Shown piece by piece: positions 39,108-48,971 of a stretch of DNA of 64,000 nucleotides. The first letter of the stretch is position 1. Every line of letters starts with the position of its first letter. Both the position numbers and the translations under genes were made by a program. The notes below the pieces were generated by a model. That model was not told the origin of the DNA and searched no databases. It was given only the letters and a program-made list of their open reading frames with translations. This DNA is from Minisyncoccia bacterium (GTDB taxonomy: Bacteria; Patescibacteriota; Minisyncoccia; Phycocordibacterales; UBA9973), in contig CBFHKH010000001.1 of assembly GCA_965656375.1 (NCBI GenBank), positions 217,319-281,318 on the forward strand, in the 5' to 3' direction.

Positions 39108-39290
39108 CAGGACGATTAGCACAAAAAAGTAACTGGCTCTCAATGATATTACAGAGGTCTCATTGGGGCCAGCTTACTTTTAAAATAGCAACTAATTGCT
39201 CATTATATTTTTGACTGGTGAACCTATACACTTCTGCCAGTTGGTTTTCTAAAAGTAAAAGCCGGGGATTTTTATCTCTGGCTTTCTTAT
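39108..39290 (+). ncRNA. Candidate structured small RNA
   Basis: TTGACA(39072)-18-TATACT promoter, long hairpin, plus-strand-specific terminator, no credible ORF. Confidence 0.5.
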
Positions 39291-39291
39291 T

Positions 39292-39765
39292 TTAGGTGAT
39301 CTTTAAAATATATTTTGGTACAATACCCCTTTTTTTATACTCATCTCGTATTCGTTTTGGCAGAGTATTGAATTTTTTAATGACCTTCCTACATTTTTTT
39401 TCGCCACAATTACATTTCATGGTCCATATATCATCTGGAGCAAGGACTGTCGAATAATCAAATAGGATTTCTGTATCCTTGGAAATCGGATCGATAGATA
39501 CTATATACAGTATGTTACTTGCTTTTACTATTTTTGCATTTGGTTTACAAGAATGATTTATACGTTCGCCAATTTGACCTTTGGGATTGAGAAATTTTTC
39601 TTCATTGAATCGTATGGTATTTGATCTTGTTTGTGCATCTAAATCGTCATCTTCATTGCAGGTAATTAGCGTACCTACAAGCTTATGGATTCGACTGTTT
39701 GCGTTGAAATTTTTGCCAGCGAACAATCCTCTTCCGTTCTTAGACTTTTTTACATATACATCCAT
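39292..39765 (-). CDS. SET-domain protein (lysine methyltransferase-like) with post-SET
   Basis: GRGLFA, INHSCKPN, EILFDY and CNCGEKKCR motifs. Confidence 0.9.
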   Translation of the reverse strand: MDVYVKKSKNGRGLFAGKNFNANSRIHKLVGTLITCNEDDDLDAQTRSNTIRFNEEKFLNPKGQIGERINHSCKPNAKIVKASNILYIVSIDPISKDTEILFDYSTVLAPDDIWTMKCNCGEKKCRKVIKKFNTLPKRIRDEYKKRGIVPKYILKIT

Positions 39766-39771
39766 AGCAAT

Positions 39772-41496
39772 TTATACAGTATGTAACTGTTCATGACTTT
39801 CGCGTATAATATGGGCTGCTATGTATTCCTTTGTTGCGCCGACTTTCTTACCAGGATTTAGAATATTTTGCGAGTCAAATATCAGTTTTGTTTTTTCAAA
39901 TAGACCATACATCTTCTCTCCGAACATTTGTAAAAGAAATGGCGAGCGGATAATGCCGTCATTGTGCTCCGCTGTTGTAGAACCTTTGTATTTGAGAACA
40001 AGATCGTATACTTTTTGAGAAAGCTCAAGAATGATCGTGGGCGTAAATGGATCTGAGAAATCCATAAGAGGGATAATATGAAAATTTCCATTACCTGCAT
40101 GACCTGCGATAGTGTATGTTATCGGATACTCTTTCAAAATTACATCAAGCTCGGGCAAGAATACGGGCAAAAACTCAGGCGGAACGATGATGTCATCTAT
40201 AAATGGAGCAGTATGCTTGTCTTTAACATGTTTGCGCAAGAGCGCAAAACTCTCACGTCGAATATCCCAATACTTTCCTGATTCTGTTTGCGAAGTTGTA
40301 GTTCTAACTTTAAATGGGAATTTAACTAAATCTGGAAGAAGTGCCTTGGCTTTTTTGTCGATTTCCTTTTCATCGCTTCCTGCAAATTCTACGAGAAGGA
40401 TCAATTTTGGTATTCCAAACGTACTCATCATAAGCACCTCAGGCCAAAAGCTCCACATGAATTTAATCATACCCCACGCACCTTTTCTTTTTAGGAAATC
40501 TGGGAAGAACTTTATCGCAAGCCTCATCGTTGCGTCATCATATGATTCGAGACTCTCAGGATGATGCGGTAAAATTGTATCAACAAGTTCTCCTAGACGT
40601 GCAATATCTTTCATGAAGATAACAACAAGTTTCGACACTTTTTCTACATCTACAAGATGAAGAGTTATTTCTGTAACAATACCGAGCGTACCCTGAGAGC
40701 CAACGATAAGTTTTCCCAAGTCGAAAATTTCTTTTTCTTCATCCCATACATTCCATAAATAATATCCAGCAGAGTTTTTGGACACGTTCGGTTTTCCGTT
40801 CTTGATAGTATCTTTATTCTCATTGATGAGTTGAAAAATATTTTTGTATATTTCTCCTTCAAAATCTCCTTGAGCAATTTTACCGTACAGTTCCTTCTTG
40901 GTAAGTGGTCTGACTGTATACTCTCTCCCGTCTGCAAATATTACTTTTAACTCTTTTACGTAATCCTCTGTCTTACCATATTGGAGCGTCTTTTCCCCAG
41001 CAGAATTATTCCCAACCATGCCTCCGATCGCGTTAAGACTCTTTGAAGCTGTGTAACATGGCAATAAGAGACCTTTTTTAAGCGTCTCTGGTTCAAAATC
41101 TCGATAGTAACATCCAGGCTCCACAGTTGAAACACCAGTAATATGAACATTGTGAGCATGTGGGTATTTCGGGGTCATCTCAAATGGCGTAATTTTCTCG
41201 ATACTTTTGATGGCATTCATATATCTCGTAAAATCGATGATCACTGACTCCCCGATTGCTCCACCTGACATGCAGGTACCGGCTGAGCGAGGTGTGAGCG
41301 CAAGTGAGGGATAAAGGGCCTTGTTTTCATGTACCCATTTTACAAGTCGCATGAGGTCTTCCTTGTCCTTTGGGAAAACAACTACTTCGGGTCGTACTTC
41401 CAAAAGTGATGCATCGTGCGAGTACTGTGTGAGTACTTCATCACTCGTTTCGACATCACCTTTAAAGAATTTTTTTATTTCATTCTCAAGATCCAT
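39772..41496 (-). CDS. FAD-binding oxidoreductase (GlcD/D-2-hydroxyacid dehydrogenase family)
   Basis: PRSAGT, GSQGTLG, GHAGNGNFH, AEHNDG and LNPGK motifs. Confidence 0.9.
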   Translation of the reverse strand: MDLENEIKKFFKGDVETSDEVLTQYSHDASLLEVRPEVVVFPKDKEDLMRLVKWVHENKALYPSLALTPRSAGTCMSGGAIGESVIIDFTRYMNAIKSIEKITPFEMTPKYPHAHNVHITGVSTVEPGCYYRDFEPETLKKGLLLPCYTASKSLNAIGGMVGNNSAGEKTLQYGKTEDYVKELKVIFADGREYTVRPLTKKELYGKIAQGDFEGEIYKNIFQLINENKDTIKNGKPNVSKNSAGYYLWNVWDEEKEIFDLGKLIVGSQGTLGIVTEITLHLVDVEKVSKLVVIFMKDIARLGELVDTILPHHPESLESYDDATMRLAIKFFPDFLKRKGAWGMIKFMWSFWPEVLMMSTFGIPKLILLVEFAGSDEKEIDKKAKALLPDLVKFPFKVRTTTSQTESGKYWDIRRESFALLRKHVKDKHTAPFIDDIIVPPEFLPVFLPELDVILKEYPITYTIAGHAGNGNFHIIPLMDFSDPFTPTIILELSQKVYDLVLKYKGSTTAEHNDGIIRSPFLLQMFGEKMYGLFEKTKLIFDSQNILNPGKKVGATKEYIAAHIIRESHEQLHTV

Positions 41497-41497
41497 A

Positions 41498-42370
41498 CTA
41501 TTTGATTCCATTAAAGAGCTTAAGTCGTGCCTCGACAACTTTTTCAATAGCATCAACTGCTTCGGGTAAGTATTTATATGGAGCAATCTCACCGGGATTA
41601 TCGGTAAGTGATTTTTGTAACGCCTCTCTGTATGTAATGCGAATCTCAGTATTAATGTGAACAATATCGATTCCATTTTTAATGCAGGTTATAAAATCCT
41701 CATCCATCGTTCCTGAACCGCCATGAAGTACAAGCGGAATTCCAACAGCCTCACGGATTGCTTTTACTCGCTCCGGATGTAAACGAGGGTTACCTGTTCT
41801 AACCATGCCATGCACATTACCTACAGAAGGAGCAAGCATATCAATTCCCGTTGCCTCTACAAATGCTTTTGCATCATCAGGCTTTGTCATCGTTAATTCC
41901 GAGACTCCATCTGGTATAGCATCAAGAACTTTAGAAGATTGCCCAATGAACCCAAGCTCAGCTTCGATTAATACGTCGCGACCAAAAGCCATGTTTACTT
42001 CTCGTGCATAGTCAACACATTTTTTTGTTAGTGCGATATTTTCTTCAAGCGGAAGTTTTGCACCGTCAATAATAACTGAGTCATATCCCGCATCGATAGC
42101 AGCCTTTACTGTTTCAAAACTATAGTGATGGTCACCGTTTAGGAATATAGGGTATTGATCTTTTTCCCTGATCGCTCTAATAAGGGCTACGCCCTCTTCC
42201 ATTCCCACAAATTTCTCTTCACCCTCAGTCATTCCGATTATAATGGGTACCCCGAGCTTTCTTGCTGCAGCATAGACACCATGGAGTCCTTCCAGATTAG
42301 AGATGTTAAAGTGCCCAATTGCTACACCATTCTCATCTGCTTCTTTGATACATTCGCGTAGGGTTTTCAT
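41498..42370 (-). CDS. fba: Class II fructose-bisphosphate aldolase
   Basis: DH, EAELG, GNVHG, LHGGSG and INTE motifs. Confidence 0.92.
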   Translation of the reverse strand: MKTLRECIKEADENGVAIGHFNISNLEGLHGVYAAARKLGVPIIIGMTEGEEKFVGMEEGVALIRAIREKDQYPIFLNGDHHYSFETVKAAIDAGYDSVIIDGAKLPLEENIALTKKCVDYAREVNMAFGRDVLIEAELGFIGQSSKVLDAIPDGVSELTMTKPDDAKAFVEATGIDMLAPSVGNVHGMVRTGNPRLHPERVKAIREAVGIPLVLHGGSGTMDEDFITCIKNGIDIVHINTEIRITYREALQKSLTDNPGEIAPYKYLPEAVDAIEKVVEARLKLFNGIK

Positions 42371-42482
42371 GTATTGGATTATATCATACTGTGATATAGA
42401 GGGTACACTATATTAACTGCATCCTTAGATTACACAAATGTGTATTTGCACATGTTCATTGCTTGTTGATATAATGCGACAC

Positions 42483-43475
42483 ATGGATACACCAATCGAC
42501 TTTTTAGCAATCGGAGACCTCGTTGTCGATGATTTTATTAGACTAAAGGATGCTGAAGCTACCTGTGACCTTGATCTGGAACACTGCAAACTCTCTATTC
42601 GCTTTGGAGATAAAGTGCCGTACGAATTCCATGAAATACTTTACGCAGTTGGCAATAGTGGTAACGCAGCAGTTTCAGCTTCACGTCTTGGTTTGCGCAC
42701 TGCTCACCATGCTATGGTCGGCAATGATGAACATGGTAAAAAGTGTATCGAAGCACAAAAAGCGGATAATATCATCACAGACTATATTAAAATCGATGAG
42801 AAACTCTGGACCAATTATCACTACGTGCTTTGGTATGGACCAGAACGTACGATCCTTGTAAACCATGCTCCCTACGAAAAGCATTTACCAGAGAATCTAG
42901 TTGCACCTAAGTGGATTTATCTTACATCTCTTGGCGAGAATACTGAAGCATTTCATCATGAAATTATCTCATGGCTTAAAGCACATCCGGAAACTAAATT
43001 AGCATTCCAGCCGGGTACGTTTCAAATGAAGTTTGGCACAGAAAAATTAAAGGATATATACGAACGTGCTGAAATATTCTTTTGTAACGTAGATGAAGCA
43101 CAAAGAATACTAAAGATTGAAGAAATGGACCCAAAGAAACTTATGGATGCACTTCATGCGCTCGGGCCTAAAATAGTAGTCATGACAGATGGCATAAAAG
43201 GAGCATATGCAAGAGAAGAAAATGGTGATGCATGGTTTATGCCTGTCTATCCTCATGACCCCGTTGAGCGAACTGGCGCTGGTGACGCATTTTCATCAAC
43301 GGTCACTTCTTGTTTAGCTCTTGGAAAGACACTCGAAGAAGCCCTACTATGGGCTCCGATTAATGCTATGTCTGTAACGCAAGAAATTGGAGCTCAGAAA
43401 GGATTACTCTCAAAAGAAAAACTTGAGGAATACTTTAAAAAAGCTCCTCTCGACTACAAACCTACAAAACTATAA
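42483..43475 (+). CDS. PfkB family carbohydrate kinase
   Basis: GNAAVSASRLG; ERTGAGDAF. Confidence 0.92.
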   Translation: MDTPIDFLAIGDLVVDDFIRLKDAEATCDLDLEHCKLSIRFGDKVPYEFHEILYAVGNSGNAAVSASRLGLRTAHHAMVGNDEHGKKCIEAQKADNIITDYIKIDEKLWTNYHYVLWYGPERTILVNHAPYEKHLPENLVAPKWIYLTSLGENTEAFHHEIISWLKAHPETKLAFQPGTFQMKFGTEKLKDIYERAEIFFCNVDEAQRILKIEEMDPKKLMDALHALGPKIVVMTDGIKGAYAREENGDAWFMPVYPHDPVERTGAGDAFSSTVTSCLALGKTLEEALLWAPINAMSVTQEIGAQKGLLSKEKLEEYFKKAPLDYKPTKL

Positions 43476-43599
43476 TAAAAAGTAAGAATGGACCTATACT
43501 ATATAGGTCTTTTTACTTGACTTTTGTACTACAATTTGCTATAATAGAGTACAAATAAGATTTTCAAATTTCTAACACTAACCTCAAAAATTTAATACT

Positions 43600-43905
43600 A
43601 TGCAGTTATTTCCTGAATCAAACAACACGCATCTTTTCGGAATGACATTCAACGAACATTCCTTCGACCCGCAATCTGTTTCACACACGTACAAAGCAAG
43701 TACTCATTACAGTAAGTGGCTTACTAAGTGGAATGAGGCCTGCAATTCAATTAAGAAATTTACCGCCCTATGGAAAAATCATTGGGAAGGTAAAACTACC
43801 TTAGTTGGAAAAATGCTTGTTTTGGTAGAGAGAAAATTAAAAATTCTTTTTGCCACAAGAGACAAATGCGAAGTTAAGATCCGTGAAGAACAACCTGCGA
43901 TCTGA
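43600..43905 (+). CDS. Hypothetical (orphan) protein
   Basis: TTGACT-17-TATAAT promoter and terminator at 43925-43955. Confidence 0.6.
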   Translation: MQLFPESNNTHLFGMTFNEHSFDPQSVSHTYKASTHYSKWLTKWNEACNSIKKFTALWKNHWEGKTTLVGKMLVLVERKLKILFATRDKCEVKIREEQPAI

Positions 43906-43924
43906 GTAAGATTTTAAAAAAAAG

Positions 43925-43955
43925 AAAAGCACTTATCATTTAGATAAGTGCTTTT
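43925..43955. terminator. Bidirectional terminator
   Basis: AAAAGCACTTATC-ATTTA-GATAAGTGCTTTT. Confidence 0.75.
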
Positions 43956-43969
43956 TATTTACATTAAAG

Positions 43970-44593
43970 TTAAGCAGTATGTGGAATCTCTTTTACTTCT
44001 ATAACTTCAGGCGTTCCTTTTACATCATCATAAAACTTTGCCATAGTGACTCGGAAGTATGGGATGAGCCATATAAACCCGATTCCAAGAGTAAGAAGGC
44101 AGAGCAATCCCCATCCGATGAATCTGCATCCGAGATAGAAAAGTTTCGCCTTGTTTCCCTTCATTATTTGTTTGCTTTTCTTTATAGCATCATTTATTCC
44201 GATTTCTTTATCTTCCGCGAGAATGTAGAAAGTCTGTGAGTATGCGTATGCAGCAATGATACCTGGAACAATGAGGAGCAGGAATCTAAGAAAAACGTAG
44301 ATCATAGTAAGGAAATACGCAGCTATCGCTCTTCCCCATTCATTGAATCCATCAAACAAGAGAGAAACTTTTGGCTGCTGTCCTCTCGAATACGCGAGCC
44401 AAAATAAACAAAGTCCAAGCGTAATCGGAGCTCCAATAAGGAAAGAAGCAATGCTTCCAAACGCTTCACCTGGTATCGCACCTAATAATATTGAGATAAC
44501 AATAGAAACCAAAGAGGCTTTTACTGCGAGACCCCATTTGCCATCGAGAGTCTCCCTTGCTTGCTTCATCAGCACTTTATTTGGTGTATTCAT
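43970..44593 (-). CDS. DUF975 family membrane protein
   Basis: LLLIVPGIIAAYAYSQ; S..IMKGNK; WLIPY. Confidence 0.88.
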   Translation of the reverse strand: MNTPNKVLMKQARETLDGKWGLAVKASLVSIVISILLGAIPGEAFGSIASFLIGAPITLGLCLFWLAYSRGQQPKVSLLFDGFNEWGRAIAAYFLTMIYVFLRFLLLIVPGIIAAYAYSQTFYILAEDKEIGINDAIKKSKQIMKGNKAKLFYLGCRFIGWGLLCLLTLGIGFIWLIPYFRVTMAKFYDDVKGTPEVIEVKEIPHTA

Positions 44594-44614
44594 ATATTTT
44601 ACGATACCGAATAT

Positions 44615-45610
44615 TTACTTTCTGGTCAATACTTTTTCCACTGCGCGAATTATATGAGGTGTACCCATCTCATAATGTTCAATGAGCTCATCTGGTGTTC
44701 CAGACTGGCCGAATACATCTTTAACCCCGATGTATTCTATTGGCACAGGATAATTTGAACTGAGACATTCTGCAACTGCAGATCCCATTCCGCACGCTAT
44801 TTGGTGTTCTTCTACGGTAACTATCGCTTTTGTTTCTTTTGCAAGTGCAATGATTGCAAGAGTATCAAGTGGCTTTATAGTCGCAAGATTCATTACTTTA
44901 ACTTTGATACCTCTCTTTTCTAAGTCATTTGCAGCAACAAGCGCTTTATGAACCAAAGCTCCTGTCGCGATGATTCCTACTTGCGCAAGCCCCTGCTCTG
45001 GAGTAAATAAAATTTCTGCCTTTCCAATTCTAAATGGAGTATCTATAGTGGTAATAATGGGTGTTTTTTCACGAGCAAGGCGAATGTATGTTGGTTCTTT
45101 CGTTTGAGCACATGCAATCGTCGCTTTCTTTGCTTCAATAGAATCACAAGGAGAAAGCACAACCATATTGGGCATCACTCGCATAATAGCCATATCTTCA
45201 ACTGCTTGGTGAGTACCTCCATCGGGGCCGACAGAGATACCGGCATGTGAACCTGCTATCTTTACTGGACGATCATTATAGGCTACCGTTGTTCTTATCT
45301 GCTCCCAACTGCGTCCGGGATTAAACATTGCATAAGAAGAAATGAACGGGATTTTACCCATTGCTGCCATACCTGAAGCAACCGTTACCAAATTTTGTTC
45401 TGCAACACCGATTTGAACAAATCGTTCGGGAAATTTTTCGACGAATAGGTTCATTTTTGTAGATTCGGTCAAATCAGCGCACAATGCAACAACGTTTTCG
45501 TCATCTATACCAGCTTGCAGTAACCCTTCACCAAATCCTTGGCGGATCGGCACTTGCTCAACGTCAGCATTCCATATTTTTGTGTTCAATTTTAACTGTT
45601 GATTAAGCAT
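44615..45610 (-). CDS. Transketolase, C-terminal subunit
   Basis: GVAEQN, DGGTHQ and VEEH motifs. Confidence 0.93.
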   Translation of the reverse strand: MLNQQLKLNTKIWNADVEQVPIRQGFGEGLLQAGIDDENVVALCADLTESTKMNLFVEKFPERFVQIGVAEQNLVTVASGMAAMGKIPFISSYAMFNPGRSWEQIRTTVAYNDRPVKIAGSHAGISVGPDGGTHQAVEDMAIMRVMPNMVVLSPCDSIEAKKATIACAQTKEPTYIRLAREKTPIITTIDTPFRIGKAEILFTPEQGLAQVGIIATGALVHKALVAANDLEKRGIKVKVMNLATIKPLDTLAIIALAKETKAIVTVEEHQIACGMGSAVAECLSSNYPVPIEYIGVKDVFGQSGTPDELIEHYEMGTPHIIRAVEKVLTRK

Positions 45611-45615
45611 ACATT

Positions 45616-46485
45616 TTATTGATGTTCACTTTTGATCTTACCACCAAGTGTTCGTAATTCTCGAAGTGCCATTTCGCCCTGTTCTTTGTTTGGTGGAGTA
45701 CCATGCCAGTGATAATCGCGCTCAAATTCTTTTACTCCTTTGCCTGGGATAGTACGGGCGATTATAACCGAAGGTCTCTCGTACACTGCTTTTGCTCTTT
45801 GGATCGCATCATTAATTTCTCTCATATTATGCCCATCAACTTCTTGCGCATACCAGCCAAACTGCTCGTATTTTTTGCGAAGATCTCCAAGAGGCATGAT
45901 ATCTTCGGTATAGCCATCAATTTGAATATTGTTACGATCTACAATTGCAATTAAATTGCGAAGCTTTTCTTTGCCTGCAAGTAGGACTGCTTCCCATGTA
46001 TTGCCTTCATCATGTTCGCCATCCGAAAGTAGCGCATAGATGGTCTTGTCAGTGCCAGTACCGTTGTCAATTCGATCAGCAAGTGCCATACCGACTGCTT
46101 GAGAGAGGCCAGAGCCAAGTGGCCCTGATGAGTTCTCAAGCCACGGCATATATTCACGGTGGGGATGCCCCTGAAGACGGGAACCAAATTTCCTAAGTGT
46201 CATAAGTTCAGAAAGTGGCATATATCCACTATGAGCCATAGTAGCGTATAGGACTGGACAGATATGACCATTTGAAAGTATTACACGATCACGATTTATC
46301 CAGTTTGGTTCCTCTGGATTGTGCTTGAGTGCATGGAAATAAAGTAATGTAAATATATCTGCCATGCCAAGAGGACCTGCCGTATGGCCAGACTTTGCTT
46401 CAACAAGCATTTCGATGATACTAGTACGGATATCGTTTGCTTTTTGCTCAAGTTCTTTGATTTTTGAATCAGTAAGATTTTCCAT
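45616..46485 (-). CDS. Transketolase, N-terminal subunit
   Basis: SGH, LSNGH, LQGHP and SDGEHDEG..WE motifs. Confidence 0.93.
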   Translation of the reverse strand: MENLTDSKIKELEQKANDIRTSIIEMLVEAKSGHTAGPLGMADIFTLLYFHALKHNPEEPNWINRDRVILSNGHICPVLYATMAHSGYMPLSELMTLRKFGSRLQGHPHREYMPWLENSSGPLGSGLSQAVGMALADRIDNGTGTDKTIYALLSDGEHDEGNTWEAVLLAGKEKLRNLIAIVDRNNIQIDGYTEDIMPLGDLRKKYEQFGWYAQEVDGHNMREINDAIQRAKAVYERPSVIIARTIPGKGVKEFERDYHWHGTPPNKEQGEMALRELRTLGGKIKSEHQ

Positions 46486-46486
46486 A

Positions 46487-47176
46487 TTATAAATTTTCAA
46501 GCTCTCGCATTGTCTCTCGTATGTCAGTGCTGTGGAGCAACAGAGAGCCGACAACAAGACGGCTTGCACCAGCGTCTATAAGCATCGGTGCTGTTGTTTC
46601 ATTTACACTTCCGTCTACACTTATTATAAGCTCTCCATACTGCTTCCGCAATTTTTTTATTTGTTCGAGTACTCGTGGATCAAATGGTTCACCTTGCATT
46701 CCAATATGCTCTATCCCCATACACTGAACAAAATCAATATGCGTAATAAACGGAGTAAGCTCATCACTATTTGTAGTTGTGTTTATCGCAAGACCGATTT
46801 CAATGTTTTCTCGTACATACAGATCGAGTGCTTCTAAAAATTCTTTGAATTCTGTTTTATCCTCTATTGCTTCAATATGAAATACAATTCTTCGAGCACC
46901 AAGTCGACTAAAGAATTCAAAATGTTTGTGGGCATTCTCTACCATGAGGTCAAATTCAAAATCAAGTGAATCCCAAAATGGCAAACCTTCTTCTTCATTC
47001 AAAATTGCTTCTACATCGAGATCATCACTAGAATTCATTGGCCATGTGCGCGTAGGTACAAACACGCCATCGCAAACATCGATTTGAACTGTCCGGGCAA
47101 TTGTGGCAACCTTCGCAAGCGAAAGTTTCAGCTCATTAAAATCATCCACGAGTAGTGCTGGGAGAATCTCAATCAT
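46487..47176 (-). CDS. rpe: Ribulose-phosphate 3-epimerase
   Basis: IDVCDGVFVP, SVDGSV and GASRLVVGS motifs; operon context. Confidence 0.85.
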   Translation of the reverse strand: MIEILPALLVDDFNELKLSLAKVATIARTVQIDVCDGVFVPTRTWPMNSSDDLDVEAILNEEEGLPFWDSLDFEFDLMVENAHKHFEFFSRLGARRIVFHIEAIEDKTEFKEFLEALDLYVRENIEIGLAINTTTNSDELTPFITHIDFVQCMGIEHIGMQGEPFDPRVLEQIKKLRKQYGELIISVDGSVNETTAPMLIDAGASRLVVGSLLLHSTDIRETMRELENL

Positions 47177-47177
47177 A

Positions 47178-47612
47178 TTAAAATTTATTAATTCTTCTGA
47201 TATGTCTAGCATCACCTGAGAATGGAGTTTTAAGAAATGAATCCACCGCTTCTAATACTTTATCGATAGAGACAAAATGAGCTCCGATTGAAAGGATGTT
47301 TGCATTATTATGCTCACGAGCGAGTCCTACTAATTTCTCATTGCCACCATTGTATACGGCAGCTCGCACGCTAGGATATCTATTTGCAACCATTGCCTCG
47401 CCTTCTCCTGAATAACCGAATATAATAGCAAAATCATCTGTGTCCTTTGATACGCCTTCTGCTGCAAGCTTTACGAAATCCGGATAATCATCATCTTCGA
47501 CAAGTATATATGCGCCATGATCTATCACCTCGTAGCCTTTTCCAAGAAGGTGTTCTTTTACGGTATCCTTATAGAGTAATCCCCTATGGTCTGTGGCTAA
47601 ATGAATCTTCAT
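47178..47612 (-). CDS. rpiB: Ribose-5-phosphate isomerase B
   Basis: TDHRG, DDYPD, REHNNAN and RHIRR motifs. Confidence 0.92.
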   Translation of the reverse strand: MKIHLATDHRGLLYKDTVKEHLLGKGYEVIDHGAYILVEDDDYPDFVKLAAEGVSKDTDDFAIIFGYSGEGEAMVANRYPSVRAAVYNGGNEKLVGLAREHNNANILSIGAHFVSIDKVLEAVDSFLKTPFSGDARHIRRINKF

Positions 47613-47649
47613 ATACTCAGTATAGCACTTAATATGAAGATAGAATATC

Positions 47650-48729
47650 TTACTTAATCGACATTCCAGTTTTTACAACGTGGTCAACGAGCGTATGGGT
47701 GTAGGACATTTCATTGTCATACCATCCGAGAACTTTGACAAGATTACCACCAATAACCCGGGTCATGGCAAGGTCTGCAATCGATGCATGTGATTCACCG
47801 AGGATGTCACTTGATACCAATGGTTCAGTTGTAACCGCAAAAAGATTTTTCCATTTATCGCTTGTCGCAGCTTTTTTAAGTATGTCATTGACTTCATCAG
47901 CTGTTGTTTCTCGTTTTGAGATAAATGTTACATCAACTATTGAACCAGCTGGGACTGGAACGCGAAGTGAAATACCATCAAAAAGACCTTTGAGATCCGG
48001 AAACGCTTCGGTTACCGCAATAGCTGCTCCTGTTGAGCTTGGAACGATGTTTTGTGCTGCTGCACGGCCTTCGCGGAGATCTTTCTTGCTTGGGCCATCT
48101 ACAAGTGCTTGGGATGCTGTATAGCCATGCGTAGTTGAAAGAACAGCTTTCTCGATACCGAGAGCTTCATGGAGAATGCCGATTAGTGGCGATGCTGCAT
48201 TTGTAGTGCATGATGCGTTTGAAGTAATATCACATGTACCGAATTTCTCTTCGTTGATACCAAGGAGTATTGTCTCACCGATAACAGTACCGTCGCCTTC
48301 TTTGGCTGGAGCAGAAATAACAACCTTTTTAGCACCAGCATCAATATGCGCTTTAGCTTTACTGTAATCAGTAAAGAATCCTGTAGATTCAACAACAACA
48401 TCAATGTTCAGGTCCTTCCATGCTAGTAATGCAGGGTCTTTCTCTGCAAGAACGAGAACTTCATGTTCAATATTTCCTTTTGTAATAAAAAGTGAACCAA
48501 CGCATACATCTTTTGCTGGTTTCTCACCTTCCATTCCACGTGCACGAACAAGATGATTCCATGTACGATATACAGTGTCGTACTTTAAAAGATAAGCCAT
48601 ACTCTCAATTGAGCCAAGGTCGTTGATTGCAACAATTTCGATTTCTGGTCGATCCCATGCAATCTTTAGGAATGCTCTTCCAATGCGTCCGAATCCATTA
48701 ATAGCTACTCTGATTTTTTTGTTTTCCAT
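47650..48729 (-). CDS. gap: Glyceraldehyde-3-phosphate dehydrogenase (type I)
   Basis: INGFGRIGR, ASCTTN and WYDNE motifs. Confidence 0.96.
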   Translation of the reverse strand: MENKKIRVAINGFGRIGRAFLKIAWDRPEIEIVAINDLGSIESMAYLLKYDTVYRTWNHLVRARGMEGEKPAKDVCVGSLFITKGNIEHEVLVLAEKDPALLAWKDLNIDVVVESTGFFTDYSKAKAHIDAGAKKVVISAPAKEGDGTVIGETILLGINEEKFGTCDITSNASCTTNAASPLIGILHEALGIEKAVLSTTHGYTASQALVDGPSKKDLREGRAAAQNIVPSSTGAAIAVTEAFPDLKGLFDGISLRVPVPAGSIVDVTFISKRETTADEVNDILKKAATSDKWKNLFAVTTEPLVSSDILGESHASIADLAMTRVIGGNLVKVLGWYDNEMSYTHTLVDHVVKTGMSIK

Positions 48730-48745
48730 GCAATCAGTATATCAT

Positions 48746-48970
48746 TTACTCACCTATATATTCAAATCGAGGCCCTTTGTAAGTATCTTTTTCAATAGTT
48801 TCTAAGAACATGTTTATAGGTCGAGCCCATAGTTGGTCATGTCCTTCATACGGGTGTGAATAAATAACTAATTCATTCGTGTAATCTTCACTATCTTTAG
48901 CAACGCCTAAAACAGTGACAACTGTCCCTTTAAAATGCTTATACCTGCCGAGTTTCACTTTCTGTTCCAT
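48746..48970 (-). CDS. DUF1653 family protein
   Basis: GRYKHFKG; LWARP..MF; PRF. Confidence 0.88.
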   Translation of the reverse strand: MEQKVKLGRYKHFKGTVVTVLGVAKDSEDYTNELVIYSHPYEGHDQLWARPINMFLETIEKDTYKGPRFEYIGE

Positions 48971-48971
48971 T

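Noticed and set aside
39292-39765. SET protein as a eukaryotic-host effector
   Set aside because: No secretion signal, and stand-alone SET/post-SET proteins are common in bacteria.
41497-41676. N-terminal extension of the FAD oxidoreductase
   Set aside because: It overlaps fba in another frame; the ATG at 41496 next to the fba stop is the natural start.
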